Below are positions 32,572 through 43,700 of a stretch of DNA of 64,000 nucleotides, one piece after another. This DNA comes from Porphyridium purpureum (Eukaryota), in contig VRMN01000008.1 in NCBI GenBank assembly GCA_008690995.1, positions 434,001 to 498,000 of the forward strand, given 5' to 3'. The notes under the pieces are model-generated. The model saw nothing but the letters and a program-made list of their open reading frames with translations. It ran no database searches and had not been told where the DNA came from. Within the stretch, counting starts at the first letter, position 1; every line of letters starts with the position of its first letter. The position numbers and the translations under genes are program-made.

Positions 32572-33522
32572 TTAGTTATCAAATGTTACTTTCGTACTAC
32601 GCACAAGTCCTTGCTTCAACAATCGGACGACATCGGACGGCAGCCAAGGCCCCGCTCTTGGTAATTCTGAACTACAATCCCTGCCGCCAAGACCCTGGCT
32701 GCTTGGCGATGCAGCAAAACTCCATCGGCTGTGTTCTCGGGCGGCTTGGATCCATGAGGCCCTTAAAGCAGCGGTTTGCGGAGTGAACGAGCTGCTCCAT
32801 GATTTGTCTTCGGCAGAGTGCACGCGCGCTGGGGACACGAAACCAAGCGCTTCGGCGGCCAGGTCAATGTGGCTTAGATGCTGCTCGAGTGACATGGACG
32901 ATTCTGGAGTTTCGAATGGTTCAAAGTTTGCTTGCGCAGCATCCATGTCGTTTAAGAGATCGGCAAGATCTTCAAACGAATGGTCATCACCAATCTCCTC
33001 GCTGAAGTGTGAGATGAATGAATCTTCCAGCTTGGAGTGCGCGTCCGCCTGCCGCGGCTGCGGAGCCGATTGCATGACCGCAGGAGCGCTGACAGCCCGT
33101 GCGTCGTCCATCTCTTTGTTATCTTGCTCGAGCGCTTCTGTCTCGTTACCTTGTCGCGGACTGGGAAACGCCTGACTCCTCCGCAGCGAGTCATTCAGCG
33201 CGTCCAGTGACATCAACGACAAGCGCGACACTGTCGGGTGCGCGAACGCACCGCCGTGCTCACCGCTGTTACTCCTGCCGCTGCCCTTGCGCGACACGCT
33301 CGGCTGCGGCGTCGACAGCGTGCACGAGGACGCCGCCGTGACGGCCAACACCGCGGACGGCTCCTTTCCGTGCCGCGCACTCGAGCGGCCGCCCTTCTCG
33401 GAACACGCCGCGCCGGGCGCGACGCACCTGCCCCACTCCTCATACGCGCGCTCCAAACAGCCCTTCATCCCCCCTGGGAACAACATGCCCAGCGCCACTC
33501 GCCGCTCGCACTGCCCACTCAT
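32572..33522 (-). CDS. Hypothetical protein
   Basis: Long ORF with natural composition; short structured N-terminal motif LGMLFPGGMKGCLERAYEEW followed by disorder. Confidence 0.6.
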   Translation of the reverse strand: MSGQCERRVALGMLFPGGMKGCLERAYEEWGRCVAPGAACSEKGGRSSARHGKEPSAVLAVTAASSCTLSTPQPSVSRKGSGRSNSGEHGGAFAHPTVSRLSLMSLDALNDSLRRSQAFPSPRQGNETEALEQDNKEMDDARAVSAPAVMQSAPQPRQADAHSKLEDSFISHFSEEIGDDHSFEDLADLLNDMDAAQANFEPFETPESSMSLEQHLSHIDLAAEALGFVSPARVHSAEDKSWSSSFTPQTAALRASWIQAAREHSRWSFAASPSSQGLGGRDCSSELPRAGPWLPSDVVRLLKQGLVRSTKVTFDN

Positions 33523-34882
33523 CTCACGCCGTGATCCATCCACCCTGCCCGAGGCGCTCTCCGCTGCTCTCCCTTCTTTCAACCGCGCGAACACACCTCA
33601 ATCAGCACTACAGCTCCACTCTCGCCCAAACTCTTATCTTACGCCGCGCTGTGCCACATTTTATGCGCGTCGGTCAGAGTAACCACCACCACCGCTATCA
33701 ACTTCAGCAACTCCTCCAGCCGCCCCCCCCTCTTCCCCACCCCCCTTTTTTTCAAGGAGAAAGAAAGGAGAAAAACATGCAAGGTGAGGAAAATCAAACC
33801 AGTTGAAGTAGAAAAAATACACGCAAGTCGCTCACACGCATACTCGCCAACTCGCGGTCACGGTCATTACCAAGCGTGCCGCGCTGTCGATTAGCACAGC
33901 ATCACCCTATTTTGTTATGAGACACGATCACAAACACAGACCACATGGAACACGCTTAGCCCACCACCAAACGGAACACAGTTTGTTGCGCGACGCGCTG
34001 GATGGATCGATTGATTCATTGGTGTGTTTGTTGATGTTTGGCGTGCTCCGATGCATGCGGAAGCGGAGCATCATCATGATAATTCATGGCGTTGCTGAGA
34101 GGAGGATACCAAGGATGGTAAAGTGAAGGCGCGATGATAAGAAATGATGACCAAGGGATTTCTCCCGCTTTTCTGGGGGGGGGGATGGGTGGTGATTCGC
34201 GTGAGCTGGTAAGCTTGTGAGCTTGTTTGTGTTGGTGCGTTGGTGTGTTGTTTTGGGTCGGCGTCGAAAAAGACAGCGCTGCACGAACGCGCGGAGAAAG
34301 TGGCTCGCGCAGACGTGGATTTCGGAATCGAGACGCGCGGCCCGATGGTGCTGACGCCGGCGTGTCGCTGGAATGAACCGCGGCGGGCCGGAAGAAGAAA
34401 CAAGTGCACGCGGTGTCCGAGCAGTGGTTGAAGCTGTGTGGCTCCACTGCGGTACGGAGGGAATTTGATTTCAAGAAGGGTGATGAGGCTGGACGTTCTG
34501 GCGCTGCGCAACGTGGACGCACGCGATGACGATCAGCGCGGGAGCCGTTGTAGCTGCGGCGGGAGATAACGTACTTGCTTGGACACGGCGTCATGGTGCG
34601 CCGTGAGCGAAGGGGCCGCCGTTTACAGATTGGGGCTTGTGGAGGGAGTAGACAGGAAACGGCAACAGATGCGGCTTGGAGTGTGCAACCCGCCCGCAAC
34701 CGCATTCGTGCCTTCATTGCGAGCCATGTGGAGACTGTGAAACGGACACGACACTGCACGCATTCCACCGGCACGACCAAATGCGATCCCGGCAGATCGA
34801 GCTGTGTCAGTCGCAGAGATCTTGCGCTCGCTCCCGGTGCCGATCGCCTCGGTCAGCTGCCTTCATGACTTTGGCCACGTGC

Positions 34883-36295
34883 TTAGCGCGTCTTGATGTG
34901 GTTTAGTGGCTGAGCATTATTCACATGAGGTTCTAGCTTGGTCGTGGCCGCGGCAGTGGCCGCCAGAAGGCTGCGCGCCATCTGCTGCCATGTCGCGCCG
35001 TCCATGCTCACCTTCCAAAGCAGCAATCTTGGATGGCTCGGACGTGACTTTTGCACGTCGATCGCTAGCGTCATGAGCCCGTGCATGGCGCGCAGGCGCG
35101 CTCGAATAGTCTCGAGCTCGGACGCGTCATCCGCCGCTGCCGCCGATGTCACGAGCGCGTCAGCAGACGCAAACGCCGTATCACGCACAATCTCATCACG
35201 GAGCGCGTCGCAGAGTGTCACCTTGTGCAGCTCGCCCGACCCGTCATCGAGCCGCACATTGAGCACGACGTGGTCATGGCCCTTGCTGCTTGTGCGCGGG
35301 TGCACACAGCTGTAGACATACGCACGCACCAGCACGGCGCCAGGGTGCGTACGCAGCCGTTCCAGTCCTTCGCGAATGGTCTGGCAGCACATTGGCAATT
35401 CCGGCTCCTCCGGTTCCCAGGTTTCTACGTCTTCGTCGGGTCTTTTGACTTTTGACTCGGCGTGGCTCGTAGTGTTCCAGGTCTCACGACGAGCCTCGTT
35501 TGCGTAATGGTCCTCCACGACGACCACCTCATCCTTGCTGACCGCAGCGCCCCCGCCAGCTCTGGCTGCCGCTTCCACATGCTCAATGAGCTCGAGTTCG
35601 GCGCTGTCCAGCAAGTCGTCTCCGTCCTGTTCTGGGAGTCTGCGCGTAGGTAAATGCGCATTCTCCACGCCTTCCATTCTGGCATGTCCTTGGCCGCTGC
35701 TCTGATTCGGACTCACGTGCCGAGCTTCCAGCTGGGGCGCTGGCGCGGATTGGGTTTCGTTGACCCAATCGTGAGTAAACCAATCCTCATCGAGCTCATC
35801 GCTTGCCAGCCCCATGCTGATGCCGATCGGCTGTATTTCTGTTGAACCTTTTCCGTGCGGATCCAAAGCCGCATCGGCCGCAGCGCGTGCATGCTGATCC
35901 AGCGTTTTGACGACGCCGCCCAGGACTCTCACGTGCTCGGGTCTCAGTAGAATGAGCGAGCCGCGTACCACACAGTCCCGATGCAGCAGCAGCTTGCATC
36001 CGCGCTGAATATGCGCTCCGAGCTGTGGGCACCGCACCCACTCGAGCGCGTTCATTTCAAACCTTCCATCACTGACGACGAGCTTCAGGCAGCGCCCCGC
36101 AGAATCCAGCTGCTCGCTCGGCTCGGCAGACGCGACGTTCTTCATATCGTCCACCTGCACCACCACATCATGTTCCAGCGTGCCATCGCAAACCACCTCT
36201 TCCCACCGCTCTCCCACACCACTACGTCGCTCTGCCGCACACACCAACACCCGAATATCGGTATCCAGCGTCTGCCGATCCCACACCTCACCCAT
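34883..36295 (-). CDS. RMI1: RMI1-like protein (N-terminal OB fold and C-terminal OB fold); start uncertain
   Basis: VVQVDD..NV, RCLKLVVSDG...ALEW, GCKLLL, LILLRPEHVRVLGG; C-terminal VRLDDGSG. Confidence 0.8.
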   Translation of the reverse strand: MGEVWDRQTLDTDIRVLVCAAERRSGVGERWEEVVCDGTLEHDVVVQVDDMKNVASAEPSEQLDSAGRCLKLVVSDGRFEMNALEWVRCPQLGAHIQRGCKLLLHRDCVVRGSLILLRPEHVRVLGGVVKTLDQHARAAADAALDPHGKGSTEIQPIGISMGLASDELDEDWFTHDWVNETQSAPAPQLEARHVSPNQSSGQGHARMEGVENAHLPTRRLPEQDGDDLLDSAELELIEHVEAAARAGGGAAVSKDEVVVVEDHYANEARRETWNTTSHAESKVKRPDEDVETWEPEEPELPMCCQTIREGLERLRTHPGAVLVRAYVYSCVHPRTSSKGHDHVVLNVRLDDGSGELHKVTLCDALRDEIVRDTAFASADALVTSAAAADDASELETIRARLRAMHGLMTLAIDVQKSRPSHPRLLLWKVSMDGATWQQMARSLLAATAAATTKLEPHVNNAQPLNHIKTR

Positions 36296-37247
36296 CCTCG
36301 TGTACCACCCACCAAACCCTGTCCCACTCCACTCCCAACCCCTTCCCTCACCTCCCTCTTGCTCTTGGTCTCCCCATTCAAGCCCTTCTCTTCTCGCGCC
36401 ATTTTTCCCGAAATCCCCGCTTGATCCGCAGTCACCACCACCACGTGAGTACACGCCATACGGTACAGTTCCTTCTCTGTCATCCTGTCATCCCACATTC
36501 TCTGTAAACCATATTCCTGTCATCCCGTCATCCCGTCATCCCTGAACTATTTATTCTCTCACCCTGTCATTCTTCAATCCCTTCATCTTGTCATCTTGTC
36601 ATTATTGATGACACTGGAGACGGCTTGAAGATGACATGACATGACGTGTTGCGCGCGTTTCAAGGAGAAAGTGACGGGTTTTGTGTGGACCAGATGCTTT
36701 ATGGTCAAACGCGCACAACCGATCACAAGACACGCGAGCGTTATGTCTGAATCCGAGTGTGATTTTGTTGGTGGATCTCGGCGCCGTTCTCAGTGGGAAG
36801 GGCGGTGCGCAAGCAGCGTTTTCATGATTTCGGTCGATGATTTTCTTGATTTCGTGCCTTGTTGGCATGGCATGGCATGGTGTGTGTGTGTGTGTGTAAT
36901 GGATGGATGTTTGTTATGGTGAGGATGATGAAGGGTGCTGCCAAGCAACGTGATATGTGTGGCGTGTGGGTCAACCATGGGGGATTAGGTGGTTGGTGTT
37001 TGGTACTGGCAAAGGAACCTTTGCGTTGGACAGTGTGGCTCAGCGTTTCGTGGATCATGACGTGACGACAGCAAGGCATGTCACTCGCGGAACGAGGCGC
37101 TGCACACGTCTATAAGAACGACGCGATGCCCGGCTGCGGTGGATCGGGTTGGAGCGAGCTGGTGGATCATAAGCGACAGAACGAAGGCGGAGTGGTGTGT
37201 GCAGGGAAGGAGAAGGAGGTGAGCGGTTGGATTGACTTGGAGTTGAA

Positions 37248-40223
37248 ATGGCGCCGATAGAGGGAATGCGAGTGCTGCGCGTGGATCACACGCTAGGGGA
37301 TGAGACCGTGACGGCGCATGGCGAGTCGCACCTCGGCGCGTTGGTGGTGGTCGACGCGCACGCTGGCGAGACGCCGTTGCCGTTGCAAAAGGTCGTGGTG
37401 CGTGCGTCCGTGACTGGCGCAGCATGCGAGACACATGTGACGCAGGTGTTCAGGAACGACGCTGCATCGCACATGAGTGCGACGCATTTGTTCCCTCTGC
37501 CCCTGGACGCAGCGGTCACACACATGGTGCTGAAAGCAGGCGATTTGGTGGTTCAGGCAGAGACACGCCCGAAACAGGCCGCGCAGGAAGAATTTGAGCA
37601 GGCAGAGCGCACGGGCCACCGCGCCGCGTTGATGAGCAAGGAGGACGGTTCGGACGTGCACCGTCTCCAGGTCACCAACCTGCCGCCCAACTGCGACGTC
37701 GAGGTGCAGTTTACTCTGGTCCAAATGCTCAAGTGCGTGGACGGAACGCTTCGCTGGCGCTTTCCAACGGTTGTGGCGCCCAGATACACGCCGAAGCATC
37801 AAAGCGACCACCAGCCAGAGCTACCGGTTGCCAGCGACGTGGACGGTGAAAAGCGCGGGCTCCCGGGGTTGCCCATTTGTGGGACCGCGACGGACGCTCC
37901 AGTCGCCGTCGAGTGGCCGCAGCCACCTCTGCGTCTGTCCGGGGGCACCAGATTGGACCTCGAACTCATTGTGCAGGGCGCCGTGAAAACGCTGACGTGT
38001 TCGCAACACGCAGTGAGCATGGAGCTGGGCGAGAACATCGTCAAAGTGCGCCCTGCTGGCATCGCAACGCTGAACAAGGATTTCGTTGTCTCGTTTAGCA
38101 CCGCCGCCAGCAAAGCGATTGCGACAAGCGCTTTCACCAATTCAGAATACTCGGCCGTGGTGGTGCAGGCACCCGCCAGCATGGTGGAGGCGAGCAAGCT
38201 CAGACTGCGCCGCCAGGCCGTGTTCATCATCGACATCTCCGGATCCATGGGCGGTTCAAAGATCGAGACATCCAAACGAGCTCTCGTCTCGGCGCTCCAC
38301 GCACTGGTTCCGGGGGACGAATTCAAGCTCATTGCCTTCGATAATCGACTCGAACTCTTTGAGCGTGGCCACCTGGTCGAATATACTGACGCCAACGTCA
38401 AACGGGCGGACGCATGGATCTCCAAGCTGGAGGCACGTGGCGGAACAGAGATGCTCCCCGCGCTCAAGGAGGGCTTCAACACATTTTCTAGCGGCGGGGC
38501 GATCTCACGCGCAGGAAGCATCGTGAGTGGCGTTGTGGCGTCGGTGATGCCAGGCGGCAGCAAGCCAGAGAAGAGCAATTTGCCTGCATTCCGCTCGCTG
38601 CTCTTTATCACTGACGGGCAGTCGTGGGATGAGGCTCGGCTCGTGCAAGAAGTGGCCGCGCTTCGCGACGCGAGCCGCGACGCCAATGGCACACCACCGA
38701 CTTTGTTCACGCTGGGCATCGACACGGCGGTGAATGAGTCGCTCCTGTCGCGCCTCGCTCGAATTGGAGGTGGTGTGTGTGAGCTGGCGACTCCGTCAGA
38801 CGATATTGAAGCGATTATCATGCGCATGGAGACCGACTTTGGCGGTTCAGTGCTGCAAAAGGTCGAGGTGGTTGGCTCCGGCCTGTCTCTGCCGTACGCT
38901 GCACTGCCAGGCACCAGCCCGGGCCTTTTTGTCTCAATGAATGCCATGGAACTGTACACGGGCCGTCCGCTGGTGTTCTTGCTGCGGGGCGGCGCTGGTC
39001 TTTCGCAAGTCACTGTTCGCGGCATCGACAAGAATGGCCAGCTCGTGGAATTGATGACACCCGTTGTGACAGTACAGCAAAGTGGCGCAGCGTCGACCGA
39101 GGCACTTTTCGAGCACGCGTCTGCGAATTATGGCGCGTTGTTCGCCAAGCAGCGCATTTTGTATTTGGAGGATGTGATGATGGTCCAGCCGGATCTGTCG
39201 CAGGCCGCCAAAGCTGAGATTGAACGTCTGGGTCTAGAGTTCAAGCTTGTCACCTCTGAGACCAGCAAAGTGGCAGTGGAGAAGAGCACTTCGGTGCGCG
39301 ATCAGAGCGCACCGCTTGTGCACGTGATGCAGCCGGTCGAGCTTCCAGAGTCGTGGGATCAGGGTTTCGTCGCCGGAGGGGTTTACGGCGCAGGACCAGC
39401 TCGCCGCAACAGGTCTGGTCTGCAAACGGATGCATTTATTTGTCTGTCAGGTGCATCTGTGCCGCCGGCCATGTGCATGGCTGCGCCACCACCACAGTGT
39501 GCTCCGGCAGGAGGTATGGCCACGGGCGAGCAATGCAAGCGTGCAGACGTGGGAATGCCTCCAGCCAAGAGCAAAAAGAAGGGCGGCTTTATCGGTGGCA
39601 GCGGATTTATGTCTAGCATGGGAGGGGCCGTCTTTGGTGCTCGTGCGGGTCGAATGTCGGCACCAAGGTACGAGGCTGCGAGAGCTGCAGCACCAGAGGG
39701 CGTCTGCTACGAGGCACCGGCGGAAGATGATTGTGAATTTGAAGCGGGCAACGCCTTGCTTGAGCAAGAGGAGGCCGCAGTGAAAGAATCTTGCTTCACA
39801 GACTCCAGCGAGGCTTCTGTCGAAGCAGCACCCAAGGCCAGGAAACGCCAGGAGAAATCTGCGCCTAAGAAGACGATGGCCGACGCCGCTGGAGAGCTCG
39901 CGCGTTTGCAGAGTGCCAACGGGTCCTTTGATAACAATAGCGTTGAAGCGACGTGCTTCGCAGTGCTGGCGCTGCTCTTGCTTGGTCACACGACGGCGAC
40001 TGGCATTCGCCAGCGAACTGTGCTGAAAGCTGTGACGTGGCTGTCGTCACAACCGTCGAATGCGCTGATCCAGCAGACGCTGCAGGCGCTGGAGCGCGTG
40101 GAAGACGGCGAGCCGAGCGTGTCTGTTTGCATGCCCGTCGCGCGCTCTGCGCTCGCGGCGTCTGCGCACAAGAGCGCGGCGGTCGAGGAAGTGCTCGCAT
40201 GCGTTGTCGCGCAGTGCGCGTAG
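37248..40223 (+). CDS. VIT + von Willebrand A domain protein (VWA5A/ITIH-like)
   Basis: VIT: VTQVFRN, FPLP..AAV, FPTVVAPRY. vWA MIDAS: IIDISGSMGG, GGTEM, FITDG, LGID. Confidence 0.92.
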   Translation: MAPIEGMRVLRVDHTLGDETVTAHGESHLGALVVVDAHAGETPLPLQKVVVRASVTGAACETHVTQVFRNDAASHMSATHLFPLPLDAAVTHMVLKAGDLVVQAETRPKQAAQEEFEQAERTGHRAALMSKEDGSDVHRLQVTNLPPNCDVEVQFTLVQMLKCVDGTLRWRFPTVVAPRYTPKHQSDHQPELPVASDVDGEKRGLPGLPICGTATDAPVAVEWPQPPLRLSGGTRLDLELIVQGAVKTLTCSQHAVSMELGENIVKVRPAGIATLNKDFVVSFSTAASKAIATSAFTNSEYSAVVVQAPASMVEASKLRLRRQAVFIIDISGSMGGSKIETSKRALVSALHALVPGDEFKLIAFDNRLELFERGHLVEYTDANVKRADAWISKLEARGGTEMLPALKEGFNTFSSGGAISRAGSIVSGVVASVMPGGSKPEKSNLPAFRSLLFITDGQSWDEARLVQEVAALRDASRDANGTPPTLFTLGIDTAVNESLLSRLARIGGGVCELATPSDDIEAIIMRMETDFGGSVLQKVEVVGSGLSLPYAALPGTSPGLFVSMNAMELYTGRPLVFLLRGGAGLSQVTVRGIDKNGQLVELMTPVVTVQQSGAASTEALFEHASANYGALFAKQRILYLEDVMMVQPDLSQAAKAEIERLGLEFKLVTSETSKVAVEKSTSVRDQSAPLVHVMQPVELPESWDQGFVAGGVYGAGPARRNRSGLQTDAFICLSGASVPPAMCMAAPPPQCAPAGGMATGEQCKRADVGMPPAKSKKKGGFIGGSGFMSSMGGAVFGARAGRMSAPRYEAARAAAPEGVCYEAPAEDDCEFEAGNALLEQEEAAVKESCFTDSSEASVEAAPKARKRQEKSAPKKTMADAAGELARLQSANGSFDNNSVEATCFAVLALLLLGHTTATGIRQRTVLKAVTWLSSQPSNALIQQTLQALERVEDGEPSVSVCMPVARSALAASAHKSAAVEEVLACVVAQCA

Positions 40224-40781
40224 CGCTCTTCTGCGTCGTGCACGCGCACACCAACAATAGTCCGCAACACCATAATAGTCGAACGTCTCTCATAAACCTG
40301 AACGCATCCTCAAACCCCGCTTCTGAAAGCCCACCCGCACTCGCCGCTCACCACCGCCACCGCACCACCACCAGTACCTTCTTTTCGGTCCAAAGGTTCA
40401 GCTGACGAGCTGTCCCTCTGCGCAACTCGCGTTCACAAGCCAGCATCATTTTTCTCGCACTCTTTTTTATCGAACCCCTAGGTATGTCTGATTGAATGGG
40501 TGCGTTTACATAGAAGAAGAAGAAGAATAATAATAATAATAGCCCAAATTGGTAGTACTGGTAGTACTAGTAGTAATGGTCCCGGCAAAACGTGCTGCGC
40601 GAACTGGTGTGCTGCGCGGTTGAAACGGGTTGGTGGTTGAGAGAGAGAGAAAAGGGACAAGGAGAAGAGGATGAGGGGGGAGAGAGAGAGAGAGAGAGTG
40701 CGGGAGAGATAAGGAAGGGGGAAGAGTGGGTGGGAGCGGATTGGAGGGGTGGGGTGGGTGCTTCATGCAAGTGGGGCTGCG

Positions 40782-43700
40782 ATGGGCGATCCGGTCGAGG
40801 TGCATGAGCACCTGAACCTGACGAGCGCCGCGGCGATCGACGCCGCGAGCCTGTCGTTTGCTACCGTGACGCTGCAGTCCGAGAAGTATGTGTGTGTGCG
40901 CGACAGGAACGCCGCGTCCGGCAGCGCAGAGCTGGTCGTCGTGGAATTGGACACCGCGGGCTCAGGTGTCATGCGCAAGCCCATGGCCGCAGATTCCGCC
41001 ATCATGAACCCGCGCGCCAACATCATCGCGCTCAAGGCCGGCATGGCGCTCCAGATCTTTGACCTCACGAAAAAGCAAAAAGTCAAGGCCGTCCAGATTT
41101 CGGAAAATGTCGTCTTCTGGAAGTGGATTTCCGACAAGACCATCGGGATCGTGACCGAGACGGCCGTCTACCACTGGGCGCTCAGTGACGCCGCGGGCGA
41201 CCCCGTCAAGATGTTCGACCGGCACAACTCCATGACGCGCGCACAAATCATCAACTACCGCGCGGACGCGAGCGAGCAGTGGCTCGTGCTGGTGGGCATC
41301 GCACCGGGCGCTGCAGCGGGTGCGCCGGTCACTGGACGCATGCAGCTCTACTCGGTGGCGCGCAAGATGAGCCAGGCGCTCGAAGGGCATGCTGCCACAT
41401 TTGCCTCCATCTCTTTGGGCGGGTACGACACCAGCGTGCTTGCCTTTGCCTCACTACCCGCCGCTGCTGGATCATCGCCAGTCATGCACATGATCGAGGT
41501 GGGTACAGAACGCAAGCCGGAGAACGCACCGCGCTTTGACAAAAAGTCGATTCCGCTGCAATTTCCGCCACAATGTACAGCAGCCGGCGACTTTCCGATC
41601 GCAATGGACGCCAGCACAAAGTATGCCGTCGTGTTCATGCTTACCAAGATGGGCTTTTTGTACGTGTACGAGATCTCAACGGGCACTTGCTTGTACACGC
41701 GTCAGGTGTCAAACACCAGCGTGTTTGTGACCTGCGCAAATACCGAAACAGGCGGCATTTTTGGCGTGAACCGGGCCGGGCAGGTGCTCTCCATCCAGCT
41801 TGTTCCTGAAAGAGTGATTCCTTACGTCATGAGCAGCACGAGCGCAGGCAGCGACCCAGCAATCGTAGCTCGTATCGCGGCACAGTCTGGCTTCCCTGGT
41901 GCAGACGGTTTGTTTGTCAACAAGTTTCGACAATTCTTTGACGCCGGGCGGCTGCGTGAGGCGGCGCTCGTGGCGTCACAGTCGCCCGGCACGTCCGTAC
42001 GCAACAAGCAGACCATCGAGCTGTTCAAGGCGCTACCACAAGAGGAAGGCCAACCGCCCGCGCTGTTGGTGTATTTCCAGGTGCTGTTGGAGCGCGGTAA
42101 GCTAAACAAGCTTGAAAGCATCGAGCTCGCTCAGCAGGTGATTGCGCTGGGCCGAGTGCAGTTGCTTGAGAAGTGGATTCAGGACGATAAGATGGAATGT
42201 AGCGAAGAGCTAGGCGACTTGCTCAAGACGCGGGCCGGCAATCTCCCGCTTGCCATGACAGTGTACGTCAAAGGTGGCGCTCATCACGCGGTATTGCGCG
42301 CGCTCATTGAGAACGGCCAGACTGCCAAGGTCGTGCCTTACGCTCAGCGAGTCCAGATGAGCTCGGTGAACATTCCGGAGCTCGTGCAGCTCGCGTCCAC
42401 GCACGGCTCCCCGCAAGCCGCACTTGAACTCGCAAATGCACTCCAGCAGTCCGGTCTCCCCACCGCATCCGCGGCGAGTGCGGCCGGCGAGCGCAGTATG
42501 CAGGACATCGAGTCGATGTTTCATATGTTTATGCAAAAGGGCATGCTGCAAGAAGCTACGGCCTATGTTGTCGATAATCTCGGCGAGGACGTACCAGAAG
42601 CGGGGCACTTGCAGACCACCGTGCTGAAGGCTAATCTTGCCAACGCACCACAGCTCGCGGACGCCATTCTGAAGCGCAAGATATGGTCTCATTACAACCA
42701 CGTCGAGGTGGCACAGCAATGTGAGCGCGCCGGTCTATACTCGCACGCGCTGACACACTACAAGGACATCACGGATGTCAGACGCGTTCTGTCGAACACA
42801 ACACATACGCTCGAGCCGGAGCTCGTGCTTGAGTACTTTGATAGATTACTGCAACCCGTAGCTTCGGGCGACGGCAGTACCAGTACGAGTCCGGCGAATT
42901 CAAACATAGCGCTGGAGTGTTTGGACGTATTGCTTCGTGCAAATCCACGGGGAAACTTGGGGTTGTGCGTGCAAATTGCTGCGGCGCACGTAGACGTCCT
43001 AGGTGCCACTGCACTTATGGGCGTCTTTGGCAAGCTGAAGCAGCCGCAGCAAGCACAGCAGGCAACTTTTGCACTCTTGCAAGGCATTATAAACAAAACG
43101 GACGATGCGGACGTACACTACGCTTACATTGAGCTGGCCATCCGGCTCGAGCAGTTCGGCGAAGCTGAGAAAGTGACCCGCGAGAGCGAGCACTACAACC
43201 CGGAAAAGGTCAAGAGCTTTCTCATGTCGGTGAAACCGCGGGACCCGCGCCCGCTGATCAACGTGTGTGACCGCTTCAGCTATGTGGAGGAGCTCGTCAG
43301 GTTCTTGATCAAGAATAACCAGCCTAAATTTGTGGAAGGGTACGTTACGCGGATCAACCCAACGCGCGCATCGACGGTATGTGGTATCTTGCTCGACCTG
43401 GACTATGAAGAAGAGTTCATCAAGAATCTGGTGATGCAGGTCAAAAACACGGTGAATGTTGGTGAGCTCGTCGTGACGTTTGAGAAGCACAACAAGCTCA
43501 AGATGTTGCTGCCCTTCTTGGAGGCTAAGCTGAACGACGGCGGTAGCGAGGACTCGGAGGTCTGCACAGGACTGGCAAAAGTGTATGTGGACGCTAACAT
43601 TTCACCCGAGCACTTTCTCGAGACCAACGAGTTCTACGACCCTCGCGCCGTCGGACAGTACTGCGAAAACCGTGATCCTTACTTATCGGTTCTGGCGTAC

